Assembly: GCA_963753595.1 (NCBI GenBank) | Contig: CAVWCX010000023.1 | Location: 64,001 to 128,000, forward strand | Direction of reading: 5' to 3' | Source of the DNA: Candidatus Methanoperedenaceae archaeon | Lineage (GTDB): Archaea; Halobacteriota; Methanosarcinia; Methanosarcinales; Methanoperedenaceae | DNA: 64,000 bases | Shown: piece by piece, positions 31,767 to 40,783 of the stretch | Position numbering within the stretch: the stretch's first letter is position 1 | Layout: the number at the start of each line of letters is the position of its first letter | Program-made: the position numbers and the translations under genes | Notes under the pieces: model-generated | Database searches by the model: none | Told to the model about the DNA's origin: nothing | The model's input: only the letters and a program-made list of their open reading frames with translations

Positions 31767-32525
31767 ATGGGAATAAAAGAAAATGCCATAAGGCAATTCG
31801 GGAAACAGGCGAAAGCTTACTCAAAAGGCAATATTTTTGTGGATGGGGTCCATCTTTCAAAAATAGTGGAAAAAAGTGGCGTAAAAGAAAATGACCGGGT
31901 CCTGGATATAGCCACAGGCTCAGGATTTCTTGCGCTTGAATTCGCAAAAAAATCAACTGAGGTCATAGGTTGTGACATTACACGCAACATGCTGCTTTAT
32001 GCCAGGGAAAAACAGAAAAATTCAGGGCTCAATAATATTGATTTTCTCCTTTCTGATATTGAATCATTGCCTTTTCCAGATGGTGCGTTCGATATCGTTT
32101 CATGCAGGTTTGCATTCCATCATTTTCCTGACCCGAAAAAAGCTTTGCTTGAAATGAAACGCGTCTCTCGGCAGAGCATAGTCCTTGTGGATGGTGTCTC
32201 TTCAGAAGAAACTGGAAAAAGCCAGTTCCATAATGAAATTGAAAAGATGCGTGACCCTTCACATGTCCGTATTAATACATTGAATGAAATAAAAAATATG
32301 TTTGAGGATATTGGAGCAGTTATCAAAGATATATCACACTGGGAAATTCCGCAGGATTTCGATGAGTGGATAAAACGCGCAGGAACAGATGACAAAAAGA
32401 TCATAAGAATCAGGGATTTGATGATGGGAAGTCTTTCTCACGACAGTACTGGTTTTCGGGTAAAAATTGAAAATGGAAAGCTGGGATTTACATACGATAC
32501 TGTCATTTTGATAGCAGAGATTTAA
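31767..32525 (+). CDS. Class I SAM-dependent methyltransferase
   Basis: VLDIATGSG, LPFPDGAFD, HHFPD and RDPSH. Confidence 0.85.
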   Translation: MGIKENAIRQFGKQAKAYSKGNIFVDGVHLSKIVEKSGVKENDRVLDIATGSGFLALEFAKKSTEVIGCDITRNMLLYAREKQKNSGLNNIDFLLSDIESLPFPDGAFDIVSCRFAFHHFPDPKKALLEMKRVSRQSIVLVDGVSSEETGKSQFHNEIEKMRDPSHVRINTLNEIKNMFEDIGAVIKDISHWEIPQDFDEWIKRAGTDDKKIIRIRDLMMGSLSHDSTGFRVKIENGKLGFTYDTVILIAEI

Positions 32526-32559
32526 ATGAATCAATATATACAAATAAAAAAGAATAAGG

Positions 32560-34065
32560 TTATTTCTTTTTCTTTATAGATTTTTTTAGTGATTTAAGAC
32601 AAAGTTCCATACCTTTTATCGCATTATTACTTTGCGGATTTAATTCATAAGCTGATTGAAAAGCCTTTAAAGCGTCTCCAGGGTTTCCCTTTTTATAAAG
32701 AATATTGCCTTTATTAATTAAGAATATGTGGTCATCCGGAGTTATTTCAAGCGCTCTAGTATAACAGGCCAACGCTTCATCAATTTGTCCAAGCCTTGCA
32801 AGCGCAAGTCCTTTGTTATTCAATGCGATGCTATTTTGCGGGTCTACCCTGAGTGATATGTCAAAATAATCAATAGCCTGGATGTATTTTCGCTTTGAGA
32901 AATATGAATTTCCCTTGGTAAGGTAATCCTTCGATTCGTCAGATATTTCATGCTTTATCAGCTCATTTTTGGTTATTTTGACTTCGGGTATAGCATGCTC
33001 TTGTTCCGCAGCCGCATGTTCTGGTTGCTTTTCAATTATTTCAATAACAGGTTCAGGTATTGGTTTTACTGGCACTTTAACCACTGAAGCTTCAAATGGT
33101 TTGGCTTGCATTGTAGTCTCGAAAGACTTTTCAATAAATGGTTCGGGTAAAGGTTTTACGGGTTCTTTAACCACTGAAGCTTCAATTTGTTCGGCTTGCA
33201 TTGTGGTTTCGAAAGACTTTTCAGTAACAGGTTCGGATAAAAGTTTAAAAGGCTCTTCAACCTCTGAAACTTCAAATTTTTCCGGTTCAATTGTGTTTTC
33301 TAAAGACTTTTCTATAAAAGGTTCGGATAAAGGTTTAAAAGGCTTTTCAACCTCTGAGGCTTCAATTTGTTCAGGTTCAATTTCTGTCTTAACCTGCATT
33401 TCTTCAAGCTCTTTCTCTTCTTTGGGCATGGATGATGCTATTTTTTGTAAATCGATTTGAACACCTGCCTCTCCCATTTTTGCGATAGCCAGCCCTTTAT
33501 TACTCCATATTTTCTCAACTTTCGGGTTAATTTCAAGAGCTTTATCGTAAGATTCTATGGCTTCGGAAAGTCGATTGAGTTTAACAAGGGTCAATCCCCT
33601 GTTATTCCATACAGTCTCATCCCTGGAATTTGCCTCTATCGACCGGTCATAAGCCCCAAGCGCCCCTTCAAAATCCCCGCTTTCAAATAATATATCTCCT
33701 TTGATACACCATGCTCCGGCATCCAGGGGATTTTTTTCAAGTATCTTATCATAGCACTCGATAGCTTCTTTTGTCCGCCCGAGATGGGCAAGTGCAATGC
33801 CTTTATTGTAAATTACTTCTTCATCATTCGGCCTTAGTTCTATCGCTTTATCATAACACGCCACAGCGTCTTCATATTTGGCAATTCTTGCCAGGGCAAG
33901 ACCCTTATTGTTCCATACATCAGCAACTCCTGGATTTATTTCAAGTGCTTTATCATAACATTGGATGGCTTCAGAATACATCCCGGTTTCCACAAGCTTA
34001 TTGCCTTTGTTGATCCAGGCAAAAGCATCTGTTAATGCTTTATCCTCAGATATTTCTAGTACCAT
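32560..34065 (-). CDS. TPR-repeat protein with a central disordered 30-aa tandem repeat
   Basis: WNNKG..L...YDKALEINP TPR units at both ends. Confidence 0.85.
   Translation of the reverse strand: MVLEISEDKALTDAFAWINKGNKLVETGMYSEAIQCYDKALEINPGVADVWNNKGLALARIAKYEDAVACYDKAIELRPNDEEVIYNKGIALAHLGRTKEAIECYDKILEKNPLDAGAWCIKGDILFESGDFEGALGAYDRSIEANSRDETVWNNRGLTLVKLNRLSEAIESYDKALEINPKVEKIWSNKGLAIAKMGEAGVQIDLQKIASSMPKEEKELEEMQVKTEIEPEQIEASEVEKPFKPLSEPFIEKSLENTIEPEKFEVSEVEEPFKLLSEPVTEKSFETTMQAEQIEASVVKEPVKPLPEPFIEKSFETTMQAKPFEASVVKVPVKPIPEPVIEIIEKQPEHAAAEQEHAIPEVKITKNELIKHEISDESKDYLTKGNSYFSKRKYIQAIDYFDISLRVDPQNSIALNNKGLALARLGQIDEALACYTRALEITPDDHIFLINKGNILYKKGNPGDALKAFQSAYELNPQSNNAIKGMELCLKSLKKSIKKKK
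33040..33385 (-). repeat. 90-bp (30-aa) tandem repeat, ~3.8 copies, inside the TPR gene
   Basis: EPEQIEASEVEKPFKPLSEPFIEKSLENTI / EPEKFEVSEVEEPFKLLSEPVTEKSFETTM / QAEQIEASVVKEPVKPLPEPFIEKSFETTM / QAKPFEASVVKVPVKPIPEPVIE. Confidence 0.85.
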
Positions 34066-34190
34066 ATATCAGTCTCTTATATATATTGAGTTAATTAATA
34101 TTGCTTATCCTATTTAATGTTTGTTTACTTGGAGCAAAAATTTATCCGTAAAAGAGCTATTAACATAAAATCTAAAAGGCTGGACATTAA

Positions 34191-35100
34191 ATGGAAATAT
34201 TCTCAATTGTACTGGTTATCGTGGGTCTCATAATATTTGAGACCATCAGCAGTATAGACAATGCAGTAATTAATGCTGAAGTTCTTTCAACGATGTCCCA
34301 GCGGGCCAGGAAATGGTTCTTATTCTATGGATTGTTTTTTGCCGTTTTTGTAGTGAGGGGAATGCTTCCCTGGTTAATCGTATATGCGACAAATCCATCA
34401 CTGGGACCTGTCGGTGCGCTTACGGCTACCTTTAGTAATGATCCGGCGATCGCAAAGGTGATCGAAGAATCATCGCCTTTCCTGCTCGTCGGGGGAGGAA
34501 TTTTCCTCATTTTCCTGTTTTTCCACTGGCTTTTTATTGAAGCTAAGAACTACGGCCTTCGAGGCGAGACGGTTTTTCCATAAGCATGGAGTCTGGTTCT
34601 TTGCGGTTGTTTCCATAATTCTTACTGTAATTGTCTATTTCGCATTAAAAGAGCATCCATTTATGGCATTAGGCGCAGTTGTCGGATCAACGGCATTTTT
34701 TATAACCCACGGGTTTAAACAAAATGCTGAGCAGCAGGAAAAGGTGTTAATGGGCGGAGGGAAGATGAGTGACTGGAGCAAGATCCTGTACCTTGAAGTG
34801 ATAGATGCTACCTTCTCAATAGATGGCGTTGTTGGCGCTTTTGCGTTCACCCTTTCAGTCCCGCTTATCCTCATCGGTAACGGGATAGGAGCTTTTGTTG
34901 TCCGTGAGTTGACTTTAAAGAATATTGAAAACGTGAAGAGATACATCTACCTGAAAAACGGTGCGATGTACTCGATATTTTTCCTCGGGATCATAATGGT
35001 GCTTGACAGTTTCGGAGTTCACATACCAGAATGGGTCTCACCTGTTATTACAATAAGTGTGATAAGTTATTTCTTCTACAAGTCCAGAAAGTGCTTATAA
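34191..35100 (+). CDS. DUF475 / TerC-like membrane protein, frameshift near 34570
   Basis: FETISSIDNAVINA in the first ORF; YLEVIDATFSIDGV in the second ORF. Confidence 0.85.
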
Positions 35101-35126
35101 ATCATGATGCAAATATAAGTGATTAG

Positions 35127-36326
35127 ATGAAAACTATCCTTTTTGATCCTTTCTGCGGCGCTTCGGGTGACATGACTATAGCTGCTCTTATCGATCTGGG
35201 AGCAGATGCAGGAAAGATCAAAACAGCAATGGAACTTGCCGCCAATGTTGATGTCGAAATATCAAGATCGAACAAGTTAGGAATATCTGCCTGTTCTGTC
35301 GAGGTCTCAACGAAAAAAGAGGGCAGCCTTGCATTATCGCAAATCGTTACCAGGATAAAAGCCCTGGATCTTCCTTCAATTGTTATCAATGACGCAATTG
35401 CAGTGTTTAATATCCTTGGAAAAGCTGAGGCAAAGATCCATGGAACAAGTCTTGAAAAACTGCATTTCCATGAACTGGGGCAGGAAGATGCGATCGCGGA
35501 TATTATAGGGGCATGTACCGCATTCAATGATCTGGGTTTAAAGGAATATCGGATTTACTGCACACCTGTTTCAGTGGGAATGGGATTTATTGAATTCTCG
35601 CATGGGAAATTTCCTGTACCTGCGCCGGCAGCGCTTGAGATATTAAAGGAATATTCCCTTCCGTGGCATATGGGGCCGGTTGATGGGGAATTGCTGACTC
35701 CAACGGGAGCCGCGCTTCTTGCCCATTTTGTGAATGAGTTGGGAATGATTCCAGTGATGAAAGCGCACAAAATAAGCTATGGGGCAGGAAGTAAAAACAT
35801 TTTAGTACCAAATGTATTGCGAATTATCAAAGGCGAGATCGATGATGCGCTTATTACAGATATGATCGAAATGCTCGAGACAAATGTGGATGATGTCACA
35901 GGACAAGTACTTGGGAACCTGATAGAAGAATTATTGAAGGCCGGAGCAAGAGATGTCTCAATTATTCCGGCAACCATGAAAAAAGGACGAAGCGGTCATA
36001 TTATCCAGGTGATCTCAAAACCTGAGGATTCACCAAACCTTGCAAGAAAGATCATCGAGGAAACGGGCTCACTTGGCGTGAGGATAATACCAATAAAACA
36101 CAGGTTGATCGCCCAAAGAGTTATGGATAAAGTCTCAATTATTTTAAATGGCAAAGAGTTTGAGATCGCAGTGAAAATCGCCAGGGATATGAAAGGTGTT
36201 TTGCTAAATATATCCGCAGAATTTGAGGATTGTAAGAGGGTTTCAAAAGAGTCCGGTATTCCTGTAAGGAATGTTATCCGGCTCACTGAGGAAGATGCAA
36301 GGAAGAAGTTTTCCGTGAGCGTTTAA
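35127..36326 (+). CDS. larC: Nickel-pincer cofactor biosynthesis protein LarC
   Basis: GASGDM, HFHELG, HGKFPVPAPA, TPTGAA, LETNVDD and MKKGR. Confidence 0.9.
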   Translation: MKTILFDPFCGASGDMTIAALIDLGADAGKIKTAMELAANVDVEISRSNKLGISACSVEVSTKKEGSLALSQIVTRIKALDLPSIVINDAIAVFNILGKAEAKIHGTSLEKLHFHELGQEDAIADIIGACTAFNDLGLKEYRIYCTPVSVGMGFIEFSHGKFPVPAPAALEILKEYSLPWHMGPVDGELLTPTGAALLAHFVNELGMIPVMKAHKISYGAGSKNILVPNVLRIIKGEIDDALITDMIEMLETNVDDVTGQVLGNLIEELLKAGARDVSIIPATMKKGRSGHIIQVISKPEDSPNLARKIIEETGSLGVRIIPIKHRLIAQRVMDKVSIILNGKEFEIAVKIARDMKGVLLNISAEFEDCKRVSKESGIPVRNVIRLTEEDARKKFSVSV

Positions 36327-37075
36327 TATCCATCCTGTAAATCCAGTCATGATCCTGGTACTTTACCAATAATTGATCTGCGGTGTTGATCTCATTTTCT
36401 GTCAGTACTCCATGATATGTTCTTATGCCAAGCGCTGTTTCAAAACCTGCCTTAAGCGCTTTTTTCACACCATCGATATCCATTATTCCCATTTCCTTCA
36501 GGGTTATCATCCCTTCCCTCGCAGTAGCTACAGGATGAAGGTTTTTCGTGGGGTTTTTAAGTACATCTGTCCATAAGCACAAAATCAAAATCCATAAGGA
36601 GACTACCATTGATAAGCACCGCTCCATCAAGACGTCCCTGTGCGTTTCCTGAGATCTTTCGGCCTTTTGAATAAACTGCATTTCGTGCAGGTTCTATTTC
36701 ACCTCCGGCGCCAAGTGTTATTAAAGCATTCACCACCCCGCCGAGTACTTTTTCATATGCAGCCTGAATATCGGAGGGTATGATGCCGCCCTCTTTGCCA
36801 ATACAAGAGTAAAGTATCTGTCCCCCATCGCAAAATCCGCACCCTCCTCCCAGTATCCTTCGTATTATTCCGATATTGTTTTCTATGCAATAATCAGCAT
36901 TAATTTCATCTGCCACACATTGGTGATAACCAAGATATACTACCGGTGAGCTCACACGCCAGAAAAATATCGTGTCGGGAGAAAGACCAGAGCCGACATT
37001 TTTCGCAATGGATTCAAATAGCGCTGCGCTTTTGAAACCATCAATTTTATCAAGATCAATGTAACGCCATTTCAA
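36283..37075 (-). CDS. Lipoate-protein ligase family protein, frameshift near 36562
   Basis: LGYHQ, RRILGGG and RKISGNAQ in ORF 36557..37123; C-terminus in ORF 36283..36681; TTG start overlaps the upstream stop. Confidence 0.8.
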
Positions 37076-37872
37076 TTTTTCCTTCCTGAAATCATGAAAA
37101 ACCCGTTCCTGGTCCTGAACCATTTCAACTGTGTTAAAAAAGATCGAAATACTCCAATATCAGTATTAGGATATGACCCTATATACGAGATATCATTATT
37201 TTTGAACCACTGGATCACTTCTATGACCGAATGATAACTTTCGTACGGATTGGCGTACTTATCAGCCGCATAAGCTTGTTCGTTAATATTTTTGAATTTT
37301 CGCCCGTATATTGACTTCTCAACAAATAACATCCGCCGGTCAATATCTTCTCCTGCGTTCAGTTTTATCCACATCCTTTTTGCCCTGTGAAGAAAACGCC
37401 CGTACCTGTTATATAATCCGATCGTTATTGTTCCTCCGGGTTTACACAGGTCAGCAAGCACTCTGAATCGCCCATAAGGATCATTTGTATGATGCAGCAC
37501 CCCCATGCAGAAAATATGATCAAACTTTTTTTCAGTCTTAAAATCCTTGATATCACATCTATTGAAATCAACATCCAGATTGAAATCTTTTGCGAGTTTT
37601 TTTCCCTTTGCGAGTGAAGAACAGCTCATATCTACTGAGGTCACTTTTGCCCCGTGATATGCAAAATAACATGACTTTTCTCCAGTGCCGCAGCCAGCAT
37701 CAAGTATTTCTTTTCCGGATAATGAGGCTGTATCCAATCCTGCACAGGTGAGTATTTTTGACATTACATTGGCATGAAGTTTTTTTACCAGGTCACTTTC
37801 ATTCCGGATCGGAAGAGAGGGATATGGGTATCGTTCATACAATGAATTTACAGAACATGAAATTTTGTCCAT
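37072..37872 (-). CDS. Class I SAM-dependent methyltransferase
   Basis: YERYPYP, ILDAGCGTGE, GVLHHT and D.Y.NP.E. Confidence 0.85.
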   Translation of the reverse strand: MDKISCSVNSLYERYPYPSLPIRNESDLVKKLHANVMSKILTCAGLDTASLSGKEILDAGCGTGEKSCYFAYHGAKVTSVDMSCSSLAKGKKLAKDFNLDVDFNRCDIKDFKTEKKFDHIFCMGVLHHTNDPYGRFRVLADLCKPGGTITIGLYNRYGRFLHRAKRMWIKLNAGEDIDRRMLFVEKSIYGRKFKNINEQAYAADKYANPYESYHSVIEVIQWFKNNDISYIGSYPNTDIGVFRSFLTQLKWFRTRNGFFMISGRKN

Positions 37873-37913
37873 TGGCCTAATGTTAGAACAAATGGATTAT
37901 ATAGATTTGTTTT

Positions 37914-37948
37914 AAAAAAAAAAGAAATGTGAAGGGATTACTCCCTTC
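37914..37948 (-). terminator. Hairpin plus U-tract terminator after the S-layer gene
   Basis: GAAGGGA-GTAA-TCCCTTC followed by a T-run on the minus strand. Confidence 0.65.
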
Positions 37949-37961
37949 GGATTTTATAGAT

Positions 37962-40463
37962 TTACTTTCTCTGCCTCAATACGAGATATGCTACTGCGAA
38001 CAATCCTGCGATTGCAGTTATTATCCCAAAGCCCGGCTCTGTTGGAGTGGTCGTTGCGACAGGTTTACCTTCCGTGCCTGTTGGTTTGACTTCTCCTGCT
38101 GTTACTGTCGGGACTACTGTGAGGGTTTTGGTCGGTGCTGCTGTTGCTTTAACAGTTCCAGTTGCTTTTGCGGTACCTGTTGCTGTAACATCTGTTGGTT
38201 CGCCGATCGTGTATTCTACATATGGATAGAATCTCAATGTATTGTTATCTGCAATTCTGAATTTCATATTTCCCATAAGGGTTGTTTCTGAATTCTTAGA
38301 TAAGCTTACAGTGTTCTCGTTATCCATCACGATATTTGGTGTGAGTGACCTTACTTTGAATACACCGTATTGATCATCTGACTTGATTTCTTTTGCAGTG
38401 GTTTCATCGATCAACCATGCATACTTGAATTGTACCATGTCTGAGGTAGCGCCTGAGAATATACTGCTTACATATACTGTGAACAATAATGCATCAGATT
38501 CTCCGAGAATGGTCTTCTTCTTGTAATATACAGCTTTTGATTTAGCTACGCCTGTATTCTCTGTTGGGGCCTGACCGATGCCTTCATCGACTACTGCTCC
38601 GTCTTTCTTCAGAGTGAACCATACCTGTCTTGGGGTTGTTCTTGCATCTATGGCGTTGATATTTAACTCATAGCCTGCGCCGAGTGCCCATGTTTCACCG
38701 GTTGTAAGGGTCTTCTTATCATCTTTACCCATCTCCAATGTCAATTTGGCGATCTTGTTGGTTACGCCTTTTACAGCTACCCATTTCTCAGCTTGCCAGC
38801 CAACAACACCATAAGTTGCATCCTGATCTACTTTTACAGGATCTGTAACAGTACCTGCGGCATTGAATGTTGATTCTTTCTCATAGACTTTGAACTCAAC
38901 TGGGGCCTGTCCTGTTGTGTATTTTAACTCGTTCTTAGCGATTGTTCTGCCTGTATAGGAAGAAACAGGATTAGTTAATTGCAGTGTTTCAGTGGTTCTA
39001 TCGTATTTGATGTCATAGTAAAATCCAGCCCAGTTATAGGAATCCCATTTTGGTGCTCCGACTGTGCTTTCCTGAACTACTGTTCCCCTGGTTTCATAGG
39101 TTCCAGCGGTTAAATGTTCTACAAATGGATAGAATCTAAGTGTATTGTTATCTGCAATACTGAATTTCATATTTCCCATAAGGGTTGTTTCTGAATTCTT
39201 GGATAAGCTTACAGTGTTCTCGTTATCCATCACGATCTTTGGTGTGAGTGATCTTACTTTGAATACACCGTATTGATCATCTGACTTGATTTCTTTTGCA
39301 GTGGTTTCATCGATCAACCATGCATACTTGAACTGTACCATGTCTGAGGTAGCGCCTGAGAATATACTGCTTACATATACTGTGAACAATAATGCATCAG
39401 ATTCTCCGAGAATGGTCTTCTTCTTGTAATATACAGCTTTTGATTTAGCTACGCCTGTATTCTCTGTTGGGGCCTGACCGATGCCTTCATCGATTACTGC
39501 TCCGTCTTTCTTCAGAGTGAACCATACCTGTCTTGGGGTTGTTCTTGCATCTATGGCGTTGATATTTAACTCATAGCCTGCGCCGAGTGCCCATGTTTCG
39601 CCGGTTGTAAGGGTCTTCTTATCATCTTTACCCATCTCCAATGTCAATTTGGCGATCTTGTTGGTTACGCCTTTTACAGCGATCCATTTCTCAGCTTGCC
39701 AGCCAACAACACCATAAGTTGCATCCTGATCTACTTTTACAGGATCTGTAACAGTACCTGCGGCATTGAATGTTGATTCTTTCTCATAGACTTTGAACTC
39801 AACTGGGGCCTGTCCTGTTTCGTAAACTAACTTGTTCTTCTGGATCAGTCTGTCAGCTTGAAGGTTCGCTGGAGAATCATCGGCTTTTATTGTCAACGTT
39901 TCAGTTGATCTGTCGTATTTGATGTCATAGTAGAATCCCTCAAAGTTCAGGGCATTCCATACGAATGGGCTTGCTGGAGACGCTCCATTTGAATAAATAT
40001 AGCTCCAGATTCTGGGCGCTGTTGCGCTTGCTGTACCGCCTACAGTTACAACGGAAGTTGCCACAACGCCAGTATTTGTATCTGCGTCGACAAATGTTCC
40101 GGTGAAGCTATAAGCGCCTGGTGCTGCTGCTGGTGCAGTTACTGTATAAGTAAATGCCGTTGCTCCAATTTTAGTAAAGTCTAGTACCTGGCCAGTCTGG
40201 ACTACATCCGTTGCGGTTGTTGAAACATATGTAAAGCCTGCTGGTAAAGTCTCAACTACACCGTAAAAGTCTCCTGTTGCTACTACTCCGCCTGGTGTCA
40301 ACGTTACTATTATCGTCGAACCATTGGCAGGAGTTGTTGTTGAAAATGATCTCGTTACTGATCCTGTGCTGACTGCTGCCATTGCTGGTGTTGCAATGAC
40401 ACTTAATATAATAGTCATCACAATGAAAAGTAATGAGATATTTTTTAATGATACTCTTTTCAT
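37962..40463 (-). CDS. Major S-layer protein: signal peptide, cohesin-like N-terminal domain, two DUF1608 repeats, Thr-rich linker, PGF-CTERM
   Basis: Duplicated GFYYDI...KKTLTTGETW...TLRFYP; C-terminal EPGFGIITAIAGLFAVAYLVLRQRK; GGAGG RBS and terminator. Confidence 0.9.
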   Translation of the reverse strand: MKRVSLKNISLLFIVMTIILSVIATPAMAAVSTGSVTRSFSTTTPANGSTIIVTLTPGGVVATGDFYGVVETLPAGFTYVSTTATDVVQTGQVLDFTKIGATAFTYTVTAPAAAPGAYSFTGTFVDADTNTGVVATSVVTVGGTASATAPRIWSYIYSNGASPASPFVWNALNFEGFYYDIKYDRSTETLTIKADDSPANLQADRLIQKNKLVYETGQAPVEFKVYEKESTFNAAGTVTDPVKVDQDATYGVVGWQAEKWIAVKGVTNKIAKLTLEMGKDDKKTLTTGETWALGAGYELNINAIDARTTPRQVWFTLKKDGAVIDEGIGQAPTENTGVAKSKAVYYKKKTILGESDALLFTVYVSSIFSGATSDMVQFKYAWLIDETTAKEIKSDDQYGVFKVRSLTPKIVMDNENTVSLSKNSETTLMGNMKFSIADNNTLRFYPFVEHLTAGTYETRGTVVQESTVGAPKWDSYNWAGFYYDIKYDRTTETLQLTNPVSSYTGRTIAKNELKYTTGQAPVEFKVYEKESTFNAAGTVTDPVKVDQDATYGVVGWQAEKWVAVKGVTNKIAKLTLEMGKDDKKTLTTGETWALGAGYELNINAIDARTTPRQVWFTLKKDGAVVDEGIGQAPTENTGVAKSKAVYYKKKTILGESDALLFTVYVSSIFSGATSDMVQFKYAWLIDETTAKEIKSDDQYGVFKVRSLTPNIVMDNENTVSLSKNSETTLMGNMKFRIADNNTLRFYPYVEYTIGEPTDVTATGTAKATGTVKATAAPTKTLTVVPTVTAGEVKPTGTEGKPVATTTPTEPGFGIITAIAGLFAVAYLVLRQRK
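38222..39819 (-). repeat. Near-identical ~695-bp internal duplication (38222-38916 vs 39125-39819, offset 903)
   Basis: Direct comparison shows only scattered substitutions. Confidence 0.9.
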
Positions 40464-40637
40464 TTTGTGCCTCCTTTAATTCATATATTTTTCATGAGAA
40501 GTAATTCACCCAAAAGTGATTCACCCCTCAGGATCTCAACGGATTACTAATATGTAATTCCGTTAACATTACCCAAATAGTAATTGCCTTCTTAAAGCTT
40601 TTGTGGTCGATTCGACAAAAAAACAAGCATACGTAGG

Positions 40638-40655
40638 CACAATTGACGAATTGTG
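40638..40655. promoter_or_regulatory. Palindrome CACAATT-GACG-AATTGTG upstream of the S-layer gene
   Basis: Perfect 7-bp inverted repeat in the S-layer upstream region. Confidence 0.35.
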
Positions 40656-40783
40656 ATTCACTTAATGTCGATGTTGGGTCGAGTATATTTTAAAAATTTT
40701 TTCAGAAGTATTGCCCTCTGAAATAAGTCCTTGCTATTTTTAGTGCATATTCTTTTGGTTGGCATGATGCGGCTTGCGGTACA

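Noticed and set aside
36331-36347. CATCCTGTAAATCC resembling the ACAGGAT hairpin arm
   Set aside because: Lies in the lipoate-ligase coding region (DWIYRM), has no partner arm, and is likely coincidence.
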